Shown here: piece by piece, positions 1-10,641 of the stretch | Layout of the letters: the number at the start of each line of letters is the position of its first letter | How positions within the stretch are numbered: position 1 is the first letter of the stretch | DNA from: Candidatus Omnitrophota bacterium | GTDB lineage: Bacteria > Ratteibacteria > UBA8468 > B48-G9 > DTJG01 | Direction: 5' to 3' | Assembly (NCBI GenBank): GCA_023818375.1 | Contig: JAMWCC010000079.1 | Coordinates: 2,021 to 66,020, forward strand | DNA: 64,000 nucleotides | Made by a program: the position numbers and the translations under genes | Notes under the pieces: model-generated | What the model was told of the DNA's origin: nothing | The model's database searches: none | What the model saw: the letters and a program-made list of their open reading frames with translations, nothing else

Positions 1-469
1 AACTGGACACCTTGTTTTCAGTACCCTTCATACAAATGATGCTCCCAGTGCAATCACAAGATTGATTGATCTTGGTATACCACCTTTTTTGGTTGCTTCC
101 TCTGTCCAGGGCGTCATGGCGCAAAGACTTGTAAGAGTGCTTTGCAAATTTTGCAAGCAACCTGTTGAACCGGATGAGGATATGAAAAAAATCTTGAAAA
201 TACAGGAAGGAGAAAAAGTAACAATCTATGAACCAAGAGGCTGCCCTGAATGTAATTTTACCGGGTTTATGGACAGAATTGCTATATTTGAAATATTCAT
301 CATGAATGACAAACTAAGGGAACTTACTATGAGAAGAGCAACTGCTGAGGAACTAAAGAAAGAAGCGATAAAATCAGGAATGTCAACCATGAGAGATGAT
401 GGCTTTAGAAAAGTGAAACTTGGGCTTACCACAATCCAAGAAGTTATTGATGTTGCAGGGGAGGTATAA
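1..469 (+). CDS. GspE/PilB-family secretion ATPase, C-terminal fragment; 5-prime end lies outside the window
   Basis: Reading frame is open from nt 1. Translation has [13 protein letters not shown] plus a CxxC...CxxC zinc-binding C-terminus, paralogous to the C-terminus of the PilB at 1610-3334. Confidence 0.8.
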   Translation, partial: TGHLVFSTLHTNDAPSAITRLIDLGIPPFLVASSVQGVMAQRLVRVLCKFCKQPVEPDEDMKKILKIQEGEKVTIYEPRGCPECNFTGFMDRIAIFEIFIMNDKLRELTMRRATAEELKKEAIKSGMSTMRDDGFRKVKLGLTTIQEVIDVAGEV

Positions 470-1608
470 TGCCAAAACCAATTGAAGAACTTCTTGAAAT
501 GATTGTAAGAGAAAATGCAGCTGACCTTCATATAAATGTTGGTCTTCCACCGATGATGAGACATCACGGTGGACTGGTCAAAATGGATTCTGAGCCCTTA
601 ACGCCAGAAGACACTGTCAACTATATGAAGGCAATTACATCAAGGGAACATCAGGAAGAACTTCAAAGGGTTGGAGGAACTGACTTTGGTTTTGCTTTCA
701 AAGACATCGCAAGATTCCGTGTCTCAGTTTTTAAAGAACGCGGTCATATAGCAATGGCTCTCAGATTGATTCCTTATAAATTCCTGACATTTGAACAGTT
801 GGGCCTTGAAGAAAAAACCATGAAGTACCTTCTTACAAGACCCCGCGGATTGATACTTGTAACAGGACCAACCGGTTCAGGAAAAACAACCACCCTTGCC
901 TCAATGATTGACTATATGAACACCCATATGGACCTTCATATAATCACAATAGAAGACCCCATAGAATATTACCATCCGCACAAAAGGTCTATCATAACCC
1001 AGAGAGAATTAGGAGTTGATGTGCCATCATTTGCTGAAGCTTTACGAAGAGGATTGAGACAGGACCCGGATGTATTCCTTGTTGGGGAAATGAGAGACCT
1101 TGAAACAATCGAAGCTGCTATTACAGCTGCTGAAACAGGCCATATTGTTTTTGGAACTTTGCACACCACTGGAGCAACCCGTACAATAGATAGAATTGTA
1201 AATGTTTTCCCTGTCGAACAGCAAGAACAGATAAGGGTTATGCTTTCTGTTTCAATTCTTGCGGTAATATCTCAAATATTACTTAACAGAGTGGATAAAC
1301 CTGGGAGAATTGCTGCCTTTGAAATAATGATTGCTACTCCTTCCATTCAAAACCTTATTCGTGAAAGAAAAACATACAGAATTATTTCGGACATACAGAC
1401 GGGAATGAAAATGGGTATGATAACCCTTGATGCATTTCTTATGAAACTTTTCAAAGAAGGCAAAATATCTTTTGAGGATGTGATGATTTATAGCCAGTAT
1501 CCCGAACAGGTTAAACAACAGCTTGCTGCGGAAGGGGTTATTGATCCTGCGCTCGCATCTAAAGAATATGGTGAATCAATAGAAGCAACAGAACAAGCAA
1601 AAGGATAA
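469..1608 (+). CDS. pilT: Twitching motility / pilus retraction ATPase PilT
   Basis: 379 aa. Walker A GPTGSGKTTT, His box, and a PilT-like N-terminus (LHINVGLPP). ATG overlaps the upstream stop (ATGA). Confidence 0.9.
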   Translation: MPKPIEELLEMIVRENAADLHINVGLPPMMRHHGGLVKMDSEPLTPEDTVNYMKAITSREHQEELQRVGGTDFGFAFKDIARFRVSVFKERGHIAMALRLIPYKFLTFEQLGLEEKTMKYLLTRPRGLILVTGPTGSGKTTTLASMIDYMNTHMDLHIITIEDPIEYYHPHKRSIITQRELGVDVPSFAEALRRGLRQDPDVFLVGEMRDLETIEAAITAAETGHIVFGTLHTTGATRTIDRIVNVFPVEQQEQIRVMLSVSILAVISQILLNRVDKPGRIAAFEIMIATPSIQNLIRERKTYRIISDIQTGMKMGMITLDAFLMKLFKEGKISFEDVMIYSQYPEQVKQQLAAEGVIDPALASKEYGESIEATEQAKG

Positions 1609-1609
1609 C

Positions 1610-3334
1610 ATGGCTGAAAGAAAACTTCTCGGCGAAATGTTGATTGAAGCAGGGCTTCTGACTGAAAAACAGCTTGAAGAAGCCCTGAAAGAACAGGTAA
1701 AAACCGGAAGATTTTTAGGCAGAATTCTTGTTGAAAAGGGATATGTTGACGAAAAAGAATTGAAAAAAATTCTTAGCCGCCAGGCTGGCATTGAAATGAT
1801 CGATTTAAAAAACACTGTCATAGACAAAAACGCAATAAGTGTGTTTCCCTCTGCCCTGGCGAAAACCTATAATGTGTTACCAATAAAGTTAGAAAAGAAT
1901 GTTTTGACCCTTGCAGTTGGTGATACTTTGAGCTTGAACATTCAGGACGACATCTCATTTATCCTTGGTTATAAAGTAAAGATGGTTCTGGCTGATGAAG
2001 AAGACATTAAGGAAAATATCAATGTTTATTATGGGTCTGAACTTGAGACAATAGACGACCTTATAAAATGGATATCCCAGGACATGTCTGAAATGGAAGA
2101 ACTTGAAACAATAGCCTCTGCAAGTGGTGAATACGCAACAATCACAAGCCTTGAAGAAATAGCATCCCTTCCACCAGTGGTAAAACTATTTGACCTTATA
2201 CTGCTTCAGACAGTGAGAGACAATGCATCTGACGTACATCTTGAACCATTTGAAAACGACTTCAGGGTAAGATACAGGGTTGATGGAGTGCTTTATGATA
2301 TGGTTCATCCTCCAAAAGGACTTGCCTTTGCGCTTTTCTGCAGATTTAAAATTATGGCTTCAATGGACATTGCAGAAAGAAGGCTTCCTCAGGACGGCCG
2401 TATTGAACTATCCGTTATGGGTAGGCCTGTTGACCTGCGTGTAAACACCGTTCCCACAGTATTTGGAGAATGCCTTGCAATCCGTGTACTTGACAGAGGA
2501 AAAACAATCTTTGATATGGAAAACTTAGGTCTTCTCCAGGAAGACATGGAAAAGGTTGAAAAATTGATACATAAGCCCCATGGAATCATCCTTGCAACTG
2601 GTCCCACTGGATGTGGAAAAACTACCACATTATATGCTCTTTTAAGAAAGTTAAACACACCTGAAGTTAAGCTGATAACCACTGAAGACCCGGTTGAATA
2701 TATGCTTGACGGAGCCATCCAGGTTCCGGTTAAAGAAAGTATTGGCCTTACTTTTGCTGCATGTATCAGAAGTATCCTACGTCAGGACCCTGATATCATA
2801 CTTGTTGGAGAGGTCCGTGACTTTGATACCGCGCAGATGGCAATACAATCATCCCTCACAGGACACCTGGTTTTGAGTACCCTTCATACAAACGACGCAC
2901 CAACTACTATTATGAGACTTGTGGATATGAAGGTTGAGCCATTCCTTCTTGCTTCCACAATAGAAGGTATAATTGCACAAAGACTTGTCAGGGTACTATG
3001 TCCAAGATGTAAGGAAGAATATAGACCCACAAAACAGGAAATAATAGAACTGGGGCTTACTGAAGAACAGGCAGAACAGCTAAAATTCTACAAGCCCGTT
3101 GGATGCCCTTTCTGCAGAGGTGGATATAAAGGGAGAACAGGAATTTTTGAAATCCTTATTCCCAATGAAGCATTGTGGAACGCAGTCCTTCAAAACAAGC
3201 CCCTTGGTGAAATCCGTGAAATTGCGGTTAAAGAATGCAAAATGAAAACACTTGTTGAGGTCGGCATTGAAAAGATAAACTTAGGCATAACATCTGTTGA
3301 AGAGGTTATGAAAGAAGTTCATGGTTATGGTTAA
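1610..3334 (+). CDS. pilB: Type IV pilus assembly ATPase PilB / GspE
   Basis: 574 aa. N-terminal GSPII_E_N-like domain, Walker A GPTGCGKTTT, C-terminal tetracysteine motif. Confidence 0.9.
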   Translation: MAERKLLGEMLIEAGLLTEKQLEEALKEQVKTGRFLGRILVEKGYVDEKELKKILSRQAGIEMIDLKNTVIDKNAISVFPSALAKTYNVLPIKLEKNVLTLAVGDTLSLNIQDDISFILGYKVKMVLADEEDIKENINVYYGSELETIDDLIKWISQDMSEMEELETIASASGEYATITSLEEIASLPPVVKLFDLILLQTVRDNASDVHLEPFENDFRVRYRVDGVLYDMVHPPKGLAFALFCRFKIMASMDIAERRLPQDGRIELSVMGRPVDLRVNTVPTVFGECLAIRVLDRGKTIFDMENLGLLQEDMEKVEKLIHKPHGIILATGPTGCGKTTTLYALLRKLNTPEVKLITTEDPVEYMLDGAIQVPVKESIGLTFAACIRSILRQDPDIILVGEVRDFDTAQMAIQSSLTGHLVLSTLHTNDAPTTIMRLVDMKVEPFLLASTIEGIIAQRLVRVLCPRCKEEYRPTKQEIIELGLTEEQAEQLKFYKPVGCPFCRGGYKGRTGIFEILIPNEALWNAVLQNKPLGEIREIAVKECKMKTLVEVGIEKINLGITSVEEVMKEVHGYG

Positions 3335-3397
3335 GTGTAATATCTTGACATTGTTGGGTTTTAAAAGGTATCATAAAACCGGGAAAAGGGATCAAGG

Positions 3398-4717
3398 ATG
3401 GCGAATTTCCAATACTCAGGGCTTGACGCTTCAGGAAAGGTTGTAAGTGGAACAATAGAAGCCGCAAGTTCCCAGGATGCGATATCAAAACTCAAGTCAA
3501 TGGGTTACTATGTAACAAGTGTTTCTGCAGGAAGATCAACAACTTCAACAAAACCCCCACAGGCAACCAAACAAACACAAAAAGTGCCAGCAAAGAAAAA
3601 AGCAGCAGGTGGTGGAATAAATATAAGCTTGCCATTCCTTGGTGGGAATAAAATAAAGCCAAAGGAATTGATGATCATAACGCGCCAGCTTGCAACCCTT
3701 ATTGGTTCTGGTTTACCACTTTTGCGGGCGCTGAAGGTTCTTGAACAGCAAAGAAAGGGTGGCGCAGCAAAGGTCCTCAACAGAGTGGCAAGTGAAATTG
3801 AGCAGGGAGCACTTTTCTCTGAAGCGCTTGCAAAATTTCCTTCAAGTTTTCCCAGAATCTATGTGGCTATGGTGAAAGCGGGTGAAGCGGGTGGAGCGCT
3901 TGAATCAGTCTTAAGCCGCCTTGCTGAATTTATGGAAAAGGAAGCAAAACTTAGAGGAAAAATTAAGTCAGCCATGGCATATCCTGCAGTTGTTGTTGTA
4001 GTTATGATTGGTATTTTGACCTTTATTATGGTAAAGATAGTTCCTACATTTACCAAGATTTTTGAAGATATGGAAGTAGGTGACCTTCCTGCAACAACAG
4101 TACTTCTTATCAAGATGTCAAAACTCATGGCAGAACGTTCATATCTCATCATTGCCTTCATCTTTGCTCTGGTGATTCTATACAAGGTAGCAAACAAAAT
4201 TAAGTTCACAAAATATCTCATCGACAAGGTAAAACTGAGACTTTTTATTTTTGGACCCGTGATTTCAAAAACAATAATAGCGCGCTTTGCAAGAACATTC
4301 GCTACCCTTATCACCAGCGGCGTTCCGATACTTCAGTCCCTTCAGATTGTAAGGGACACTGTTGGAAATGAAGTTATTGCCAATGCCATCAATGAGATAC
4401 GCAACCGCGTAAGAGAAGGAGAAGGAATTTCAGGAATTATGTTGAGGACAGGCGCATTTCCACCAATGGTAACAAATATGATTGCAGTCGGTGAAGAAAC
4501 TGGTGCAATGGATGCAATGCTTGAAAAAGTTGCAGACGCTTATGAGGCAGAAGTGGATGCTGCTGTTGCTGCAATGACATCAATGCTTGAACCAATTCTT
4601 ATTGTTTGTCTCGGTGTTGTTGTTGGTTTCATAGTTATTTCACTTTTTATGCCACTTATAAAGATAGCATTAAGTCTATCAGGAGGTGGCGGAGGAGGTG
4701 GGGGAGGAGGTGATTAA
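3398..4717 (+). CDS. pilC: Type IV pilus platform protein PilC / GspF with unusual C-terminal poly-Gly tail
   Basis: 439 aa. Two GspF-like repeats with TM helices. Lys/Thr-rich insert near the N-terminus. Ends [12 protein letters not shown]. Confidence 0.9.
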   Translation: MANFQYSGLDASGKVVSGTIEAASSQDAISKLKSMGYYVTSVSAGRSTTSTKPPQATKQTQKVPAKKKAAGGGINISLPFLGGNKIKPKELMIITRQLATLIGSGLPLLRALKVLEQQRKGGAAKVLNRVASEIEQGALFSEALAKFPSSFPRIYVAMVKAGEAGGALESVLSRLAEFMEKEAKLRGKIKSAMAYPAVVVVVMIGILTFIMVKIVPTFTKIFEDMEVGDLPATTVLLIKMSKLMAERSYLIIAFIFALVILYKVANKIKFTKYLIDKVKLRLFIFGPVISKTIIARFARTFATLITSGVPILQSLQIVRDTVGNEVIANAINEIRNRVREGEGISGIMLRTGAFPPMVTNMIAVGEETGAMDAMLEKVADAYEAEVDAAVAAMTSMLEPILIVCLGVVVGFIVISLFMPLIKIALSLSGGGGGGGGGGD

Positions 4718-5331
4718 TGAAAAAAGAATCAGGGTTTACGCTTGTAGAAATACTTGTTGTAATTGCAATTATAGGAATACTGGCGGCATTGCTATTACCT
4801 GCCCTTGCAGGAGCAAGAGAAAGAGCAAGAAGAACAACCTGTCTTAATAATTTAAAACAAATAATGGCAGCGTATGAAATGTATGCGGAGGACTACTTTG
4901 AAAATTATCCAGTGGCAGATTATAGCATTTACAAAAATATCTATCCGAATCTGATAAAAACACCGCATACATTCTGGTGTCCTTCGACAATCTCAAGGGG
5001 TGTAAGAGCGCCGGATAGTATTGATGCAACAAACTGGAACAACTCTTACAGTTTTGTTTTTGGATTAACCACTGGCAACAACTGTCCAAATCCTGTTCCA
5101 GTGATAAGTGATAAAGGTGTTTATGCTGGTTCATCAGCCGATTATGGAAACCATAAAGATGGAATAAATGTTCATTATCTTGATGGTTCTGCAATGTGGA
5201 TATTAAAAGAAAAAATTGTTTATTACAATGGTGGAAATGGACCTGTAGATGGAGTTAATGTAGCCTGTACAGAAGATGGGCAATCTATTGATATCAAAGC
5301 TGATAGTGTGGAATCCAAATGGGGGCAATAA
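4717..5331 (+). CDS. Prepilin-type N-terminal cleavage/methylation domain protein with H-X9-DG (DUF1559-like) motif
   Basis: N-terminus [25 protein letters not shown], then [13 protein letters not shown] (H-X9-DG). 204 aa. Confidence 0.75.
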   Translation: MKKESGFTLVEILVVIAIIGILAALLLPALAGARERARRTTCLNNLKQIMAAYEMYAEDYFENYPVADYSIYKNIYPNLIKTPHTFWCPSTISRGVRAPDSIDATNWNNSYSFVFGLTTGNNCPNPVPVISDKGVYAGSSADYGNHKDGINVHYLDGSAMWILKEKIVYYNGGNGPVDGVNVACTEDGQSIDIKADSVESKWGQ

Positions 5332-5332
5332 A

Positions 5333-5923
5333 ATGAAAAGAAAAGGTTTTACTGTAGTTGAACTTCTTGTTGTAATGGTCATCATCGCCATGCTTGCTGC
5401 GATGCTGCTACCTGCTTTGAGAAAAGCAAGGGCAAAGTCAGCAAGAGACAAAGCAAAAAATGAAATGGCAGCAATCGCGAGCGCAATGATTATGGCAAAG
5501 AATGATATCGGCTATTATGTCAGGATATGTGACCTATCAGATTCTACCTTACCTACCTCATATACAGGACAAACCTATGCCTATTTCAATACAGTTACAG
5601 GAGAAGACGATACGAGTGTAACAAGTGAAATAACTCAAGGTCATCCCTGGGATGGACCATACCAGGTTTTTCAGGAAAATTCAGTTTTCAGTACAAGCAG
5701 AGGTAGCCTACCCACTGATGAAACGGGTACCTGGAACCTTAATGCTACTGATTTATACGGAACACCATTGGATCCATGGGGCCATCCTTATATTGTTGCT
5801 TATAATTCAACTGACAAGATAATGATAATTTATTCAGCAGGTCCAGACGGAAAAATACAAACAAATGCAGGAAGCAAACAAATTCCGGCAAATTCAGATG
5901 ATATTGTTTATGTATTCAGATGA
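5333..5923 (+). CDS. Pilin / GspG-like pseudopilin
   Basis: MKRKGFTVVELLVVMVIIAMLAAMLLPAL prepilin motif. ATG at 5333 chosen right after the upstream stop; the ORF-track start at 5276 would overlap the upstream gene. Confidence 0.7.
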   Translation: MKRKGFTVVELLVVMVIIAMLAAMLLPALRKARAKSARDKAKNEMAAIASAMIMAKNDIGYYVRICDLSDSTLPTSYTGQTYAYFNTVTGEDDTSVTSEITQGHPWDGPYQVFQENSVFSTSRGSLPTDETGTWNLNATDLYGTPLDPWGHPYIVAYNSTDKIMIIYSAGPDGKIQTNAGSKQIPANSDDIVYVFR

Positions 5924-7722
5924 ATACAAAGACAAAAAATGGAGTTGCGCTCGTTATTGTAATTGTCCTGATACTGTTATTTTCTGCCATTATTCTCTCA
6001 GTAGTACTCACGAGCACAACTGCCTATAGAAGGTCAGTGTATTTTAGAGACCGCAACATTGCTTTCAATCTTGCGCAGATTGGTATTGCTGATGCTCTTT
6101 ATAAACTGAACTATAGGTATCATGATCCTGGTCATTACTATGGTTTCAGACCTGATGGAGAATGCCTGCTTTTATCAGATGGTGCACCAAAAAATGGTGA
6201 TATCTTTACATATACATTAAAAGCCACTGAAATTGGTTTTCCACTTGCCTCAATAAATGATGGTGTTACAGTTCAGCTCATAATCAATGATGGTACATAT
6301 CCTGATACACTTTTGGCAATAGGTAAATATCGAGGAAGAACAGCAAAACTATCTGCTGGAATAAGAACTTTAAGCGATGAAAACACAAACCTTCAAAGGC
6401 CACTTGCTGATAGTGCTGACTGGGATACAAAAGGAGTTCCCGAAGCTTTCAATAAACATGTAATTTATGCCGGCAGTGTCAGTGGAACAGGCACAACTGT
6501 AAAAGGAAATATCGCAACAAGTTCTCCCAAGCCTGACCCCTGGCCTGCAACATGGACTGATGCCACCTGGATTCAAACAAGTATTTCTCTGCCAAAACCC
6601 ATTGTACCATATGTTCCTTTTGAAACTAACCCTGACTATCCACCGAGTCCTGATTGGAATGGCTGGATTGAATTCCAGATGAGAGGTCAGCCAAGATACA
6701 GAATTGATGGAGGTTCATGGAACTTGATTACTGGTTATCCAGGTGGTGGAGTAAGTTATTCTGCTGATGGGACAAATACAGAAACATTTACTTTTACAGG
6801 TACCTTCAACCCACAAGGAAGAAAAATCTATGTCAGGGCAAGCTTTTCACCATCTGGTAGAAGCGGTGGTGCCTGCTTTGATGGCTCTTCAGGTAATATA
6901 AATATCGTCAATTCTGTGCTTGCAGACGGAAACATTGTTTTCAAAGGCAATGTCAATCTATCTCAAAACGCTATCTTTGAGGCAGATGTTAATAATGACG
7001 GTGTTGGAACACTTATTATTCATCCAAATACAACTTTTTCTGGCTCTGACCTTATCGTTTATGACTATAATGGCAATGGCTCATTTGTCATAAACCAGGC
7101 AAATATCACTATTAATGGTGCACTGATTACAAACTGTTCAATGACGATTGGAGCAAATGCCAACAATTTTAGAATTGACGCAACAACCAGTACAAAAAAT
7201 GCAGCTATAATTCTATACTCACCACAAACAACCACATTCACACTCAGCTCTACTCCGGATATTACATTGGGAAATAGCCAGCATTATGCATTTTTGTTGT
7301 TAGCCCAAAATGTTGATCCATTAGCTGTTAAACAATTGACTGTTAATATCGGAACATCTGGAAATGTTGACTTTTTCACCAGACCCATAATAAACCTTGG
7401 AAATAAAGCAACTTTTGTTGCTTATTCAACGGCTATTCCACCTTCAATACCACATGCGATAAATTTAAATATTGGAAGTGGTTCATATTATGCTAAGATT
7501 CCAGGGCTAATTTTTTCTTATGGTAATCCTGGCAATATCACATTGAACAATGCCAATACATACATCAATGGATGTCTTGTCGCAAACGGTACAGTAACAT
7601 TAAACAGCGGAACTCTTGTATATGATAAAAACGCTCTTTCAGCCGACAGAGTGAATATATATTCTGGTTTTGCGGGTGGTAGAAGAATTTATTTACCAAT
7701 GAACTGGAAATTACAATGGTAA
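5920..7722 (+). CDS. Large minor pilin with PilX-N-like N-terminus and beta-helix-like Asn/Gly/Thr-rich body
   Basis: 600 aa. N-terminal TM helix plus AYRRSVYFRDRNIAFNLAQIGIADAL, resembling the PilX N-terminal domain. Repetitive N/G/T-rich C-terminal part. Confidence 0.6.
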   Translation: MNTKTKNGVALVIVIVLILLFSAIILSVVLTSTTAYRRSVYFRDRNIAFNLAQIGIADALYKLNYRYHDPGHYYGFRPDGECLLLSDGAPKNGDIFTYTLKATEIGFPLASINDGVTVQLIINDGTYPDTLLAIGKYRGRTAKLSAGIRTLSDENTNLQRPLADSADWDTKGVPEAFNKHVIYAGSVSGTGTTVKGNIATSSPKPDPWPATWTDATWIQTSISLPKPIVPYVPFETNPDYPPSPDWNGWIEFQMRGQPRYRIDGGSWNLITGYPGGGVSYSADGTNTETFTFTGTFNPQGRKIYVRASFSPSGRSGGACFDGSSGNINIVNSVLADGNIVFKGNVNLSQNAIFEADVNNDGVGTLIIHPNTTFSGSDLIVYDYNGNGSFVINQANITINGALITNCSMTIGANANNFRIDATTSTKNAAIILYSPQTTTFTLSSTPDITLGNSQHYAFLLLAQNVDPLAVKQLTVNIGTSGNVDFFTRPIINLGNKATFVAYSTAIPPSIPHAINLNIGSGSYYAKIPGLIFSYGNPGNITLNNANTYINGCLVANGTVTLNSGTLVYDKNALSADRVNIYSGFAGGRRIYLPMNWKLQW

Positions 7723-8171
7723 AAAAAGGACTTTCAATACTTGAACTTCTTGTTGCGATTTTTTTGATAACAATAGTCATTGGAACAGGTCTACTGATTA
7801 TCGCAGCAAATCTGAATGTGATGAAAAAATCAAATGAGATGCTGATTGCTGCAGCAGTTGCTCAGTATCATATAGAAATTGTTAAAACAATTGATTTCCC
7901 ACCTGTTTTTGTGGATAGACAATCATATTTCCCTAAAAAAATAAGCGATTCTTCCAGTTTCGACACCACTTACTTAGTCCCGAGTGTAAAACCTGATTTC
8001 AAAATCTACATGGGTTGTGTCTGGTATAATGAAAATGGCGATGAAATAGCATCAGATACAGAGCTAAATAAAGTTATCCTGAGAAAAGTAAAAATCGAAG
8101 TAAGAAGAAACAAAGATAATTATTCGCTATTCAGTATGCCTGTTTACATAGTAAGAAATGGAGTATACTGA
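7716..8171 (+). CDS. Pseudopilin (PilV/GspI-like)
   Basis: 151 aa. KKGLSILELLVAIFLITIVIG prepilin-type N-terminus. Confidence 0.6.
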   Translation: MVKKGLSILELLVAIFLITIVIGTGLLIIAANLNVMKKSNEMLIAAAVAQYHIEIVKTIDFPPVFVDRQSYFPKKISDSSSFDTTYLVPSVKPDFKIYMGCVWYNENGDEIASDTELNKVILRKVKIEVRRNKDNYSLFSMPVYIVRNGVY

Positions 8172-8815
8172 TGAAAAAAAGAACAAATTCTGGTTTTACC
8201 ATGCTTGAGATTCTTGTTGTACTTACTCTTCTTGTAATCATAGTGGGACTATCCGCGTATCTTTATGCACGTGCTGCAAGATTGCGAAAACTTATCACCT
8301 ATCAAAGTGATGTTCAATCTACCCTCAACTCAATGATTACCGAGATTACATATGGCTCAAGGTCAACAACAGGACTTGAGTTTGCACATGAGATAAAAAA
8401 GGATGTCCAGACACCCCTTTATGAACTCGGGCTATACGACAAAACAAAAAATGAATATGTATTTTATCTCGTTTCTCCTGGAATGAATTCAGGAATTCCC
8501 TCTACCCTGCCTACTACTAACACAGATACTACTCTGTGGCAGGCAAAAACAAATACACCAACAACACCAGCAAGAAATTCTGGTGAGTGGAAACTCATAG
8601 ATGCAAACAAATCTGTAGAACTTGCTTCAGGAAGTGGTTTTACTTATTATCAGCTGACAAATACAGGGCTCAAAAAGATTGACAATCTTTTGTCTGAAAC
8701 ACCAGTTGCAGTAAAAATAACACTCAGAGGAAAAACCACTGACCCATCCTTGAAAACACGTCCTGTTATTGAATTGACAAGTCTTGTGAGATTGAAAAAC
8801 AAACTTCCATTCTGA
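8171..8815 (+). CDS. Pseudopilin (PilW/GspJ-like)
   Basis: 214 aa. SGFTMLEILVVLTLLVIIVGL N-terminus. Confidence 0.6.
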   Translation: MKKRTNSGFTMLEILVVLTLLVIIVGLSAYLYARAARLRKLITYQSDVQSTLNSMITEITYGSRSTTGLEFAHEIKKDVQTPLYELGLYDKTKNEYVFYLVSPGMNSGIPSTLPTTNTDTTLWQAKTNTPTTPARNSGEWKLIDANKSVELASGSGFTYYQLTNTGLKKIDNLLSETPVAVKITLRGKTTDPSLKTRPVIELTSLVRLKNKLPF

Positions 8816-8822
8816 CAAAAAA

Positions 8823-9260
8823 ATGAAAAAATCCGGATACACTCTTGTTGAAATTCTTGTTGTGCTTGTAATAATTTCAATGCTCGCTTTACTTACGCTT
8901 CCCGCGACAAAGAAAGCAAGAACAAAGGCAGCAATTCTAAAAACAAAAGCCATTATTGCTTCAATTGAAGCAGCGCTCTCCATGTATCAAACAGATATGG
9001 GAAACTACCCTGAAAGTACTGGTTCAAGTGTTATCCTCATTGAAGCACTTATGGGACCAATGGATGATGAAAACTGGAAAGGACCATATATGAGGTTCAA
9101 GCAAAAAGACGTGGATGAAAATAAAAATGTTATTGATACATGGGGAAATCCATTAAAATATGTTTATCCACAAAATGAAAAAAGCAATGTTCCTTTTATC
9201 ATTGTTTCGTCAGGGCCTGACAAAAAATTTGAAACAGCAGACGATATTGGAAACTGGTAA
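8823..9260 (+). CDS. gspG: Type II secretion major pseudopilin GspG
   Basis: 145 aa. [19 protein letters not shown]-terminus; C-terminal WGNP..Y.YP......IVSSGPDKKF matches the GspG signature region. Confidence 0.8.
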   Translation: MKKSGYTLVEILVVLVIISMLALLTLPATKKARTKAAILKTKAIIASIEAALSMYQTDMGNYPESTGSSVILIEALMGPMDDENWKGPYMRFKQKDVDENKNVIDTWGNPLKYVYPQNEKSNVPFIIVSSGPDKKFETADDIGNW

Positions 9261-9690
9261 AAATGGCATTACTTTTATAGAAATTCTTGTTGTTGTTACA
9301 ATCCTAAGCATAATTATTGGTTTTTCTGTCTTTTATCCTTTCAGGTCGTTAAGCACAACAAACCTTGAAATTGCCAGCAAAACTATCTGTGAAATACTTA
9401 ATACAGCAAGAAGCTATGCGATTGCTGAAAGAAAAAATTTCAAGGTCATTTTTGAAGATAATTCCTGTGGAATTTACAGAAATGATGGAACATTGATTGG
9501 AAAGGTTTACAAATTCCCTCAGTTTATTGTTATTAAAGAAAAAACTGATGGCTTTTCACCTGCAGAATTTTTACCCGAAGGTGCTGCCAGACAGGCAGGA
9601 CATCTTGTTCTCCAAGATACATCAACAAAGAAAACAAAAAAGATTATTCTTTATAACCTGACAGGAAAAACGAAAATTCAAAAGAAATGA
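9187..9690 (+). CDS. GspH-like pseudopilin; start uncertain
   Basis: Prepilin motif GITFIEILVVVTILSIIIG. No in-frame ATG downstream of the gspG stop. Candidate starts are ATG 9160, ATG 9187 or TTG 9247, all overlapping gspG. Confidence 0.55.
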   Translation: MFLLSLFRQGLTKNLKQQTILETGKNGITFIEILVVVTILSIIIGFSVFYPFRSLSTTNLEIASKTICEILNTARSYAIAERKNFKVIFEDNSCGIYRNDGTLIGKVYKFPQFIVIKEKTDGFSPAEFLPEGAARQAGHLVLQDTSTKKTKKIILYNLTGKTKIQKK

Positions 9691-10049
9691 AATATGGTTA
9701 TTCCCTTATTTCGGCTCTGGTTTCAGCAGTCATTATTTTGCTTGGTATTGCCTTTGTACTTGCAGTTATTCAAAATACTGAAAGGCTTTTCAAAAGGGCA
9801 ACAAACTATCAGGATTTTGCAATAGCAGCCGAGATCCTCAATGATAAAATACAGGAAGAATTCAGCTCAGCTGGTAGCACTGTTCCTGAAAAAATTGAAG
9901 GAAAGATGCCTGGATTTCGTAATCTTAAATATGAAATCAACTTTCACAAAATACAGGATAATTTGTATGAAGTCCGTATCAAACTTACAAAAATTGTTGA
10001 AGGGAAAAACTATTCAGAAGAATTTATTACTTCATTACACCAGAGATAA
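9687..10049 (+). CDS. GspI-like small pseudopilin
   Basis: 120 aa. N-terminal hydrophobic segment YSLISALVSAVIILLGIAFVLAV; its size and position in G-H-I-J-K order. Confidence 0.5.
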   Translation: MKYGYSLISALVSAVIILLGIAFVLAVIQNTERLFKRATNYQDFAIAAEILNDKIQEEFSSAGSTVPEKIEGKMPGFRNLKYEINFHKIQDNLYEVRIKLTKIVEGKNYSEEFITSLHQR

Positions 10050-10641
10050 AAAAGCTTTTTCTCTTGTTGAGATACTTGTAGCAATGATTATTATTGTAAT
10101 TGTTTTTGTTTCGGGTTTTTTAATTTTTTCAAACATTGCATTGAGAACTTCCAGACAGACAGCACAAAAAACCATTTCAACATCAGCCAGTGACTTTACT
10201 TTGTTTTTACGGCACAAACTTAAAGAAGCAATGATTCAGGATATTGAAGGACCATTCAGAATTGATTTTGTTGGTACAGAAACTTCAATAAAATTTGTTG
10301 CGCCTTATACAGAAGGGAAAGGTTCTGACCTTGGCAAATATGGTATATATTTTGTTGGTAATGAGATAAAATTGGCTTTTGAAAGAATCGAGAGGAAAAC
10401 AAAAACATACTCTTTTGAACCAGGTTTTTCAGGAAGTCAGGTCGTTATTGAAAATGTGAAAAATTTAAAATTTTCATACTATGATGGAGAAATCTGGGAA
10501 AAATCCTGGGATACATCAACTCAAACTGGAAAAGCAGAATTACCTAAAAAAATCAAGGTGTTTTTCATTTTGAGTGGCGGAAATGTTGAAGGTAAGGAAA
10601 TTGAAAGGGTTTTCAATGAAGAAATATGGATGGGCAAATAA
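9967..10641 (+). CDS. GspJ-like pseudopilin; start uncertain
   Basis: Prepilin motif KKAFSLVEILVAMIIIVIVFVSG begins exactly at the upstream stop. Nearest in-frame ATGs (9931, 9967) lie inside the upstream gene. Confidence 0.5.
   Translation: MKSVSNLQKLLKGKTIQKNLLLHYTRDKKAFSLVEILVAMIIIVIVFVSGFLIFSNIALRTSRQTAQKTISTSASDFTLFLRHKLKEAMIQDIEGPFRIDFVGTETSIKFVAPYTEGKGSDLGKYGIYFVGNEIKLAFERIERKTKTYSFEPGFSGSQVVIENVKNLKFSYYDGEIWEKSWDTSTQTGKAELPKKIKVFFILSGGNVEGKEIERVFNEEIWMGK

Noticed and set aside
226-567. 113-aa minus-strand ORF; similar antisense ORFs at 969-1169, 2389-2718, 14982-15302 and 20218-20442
   Set aside because: All lie inside well-supported genes on the other strand or frame (PilB/PilT ATPases, pdxA, barrel gene) and have no motifs of their own.
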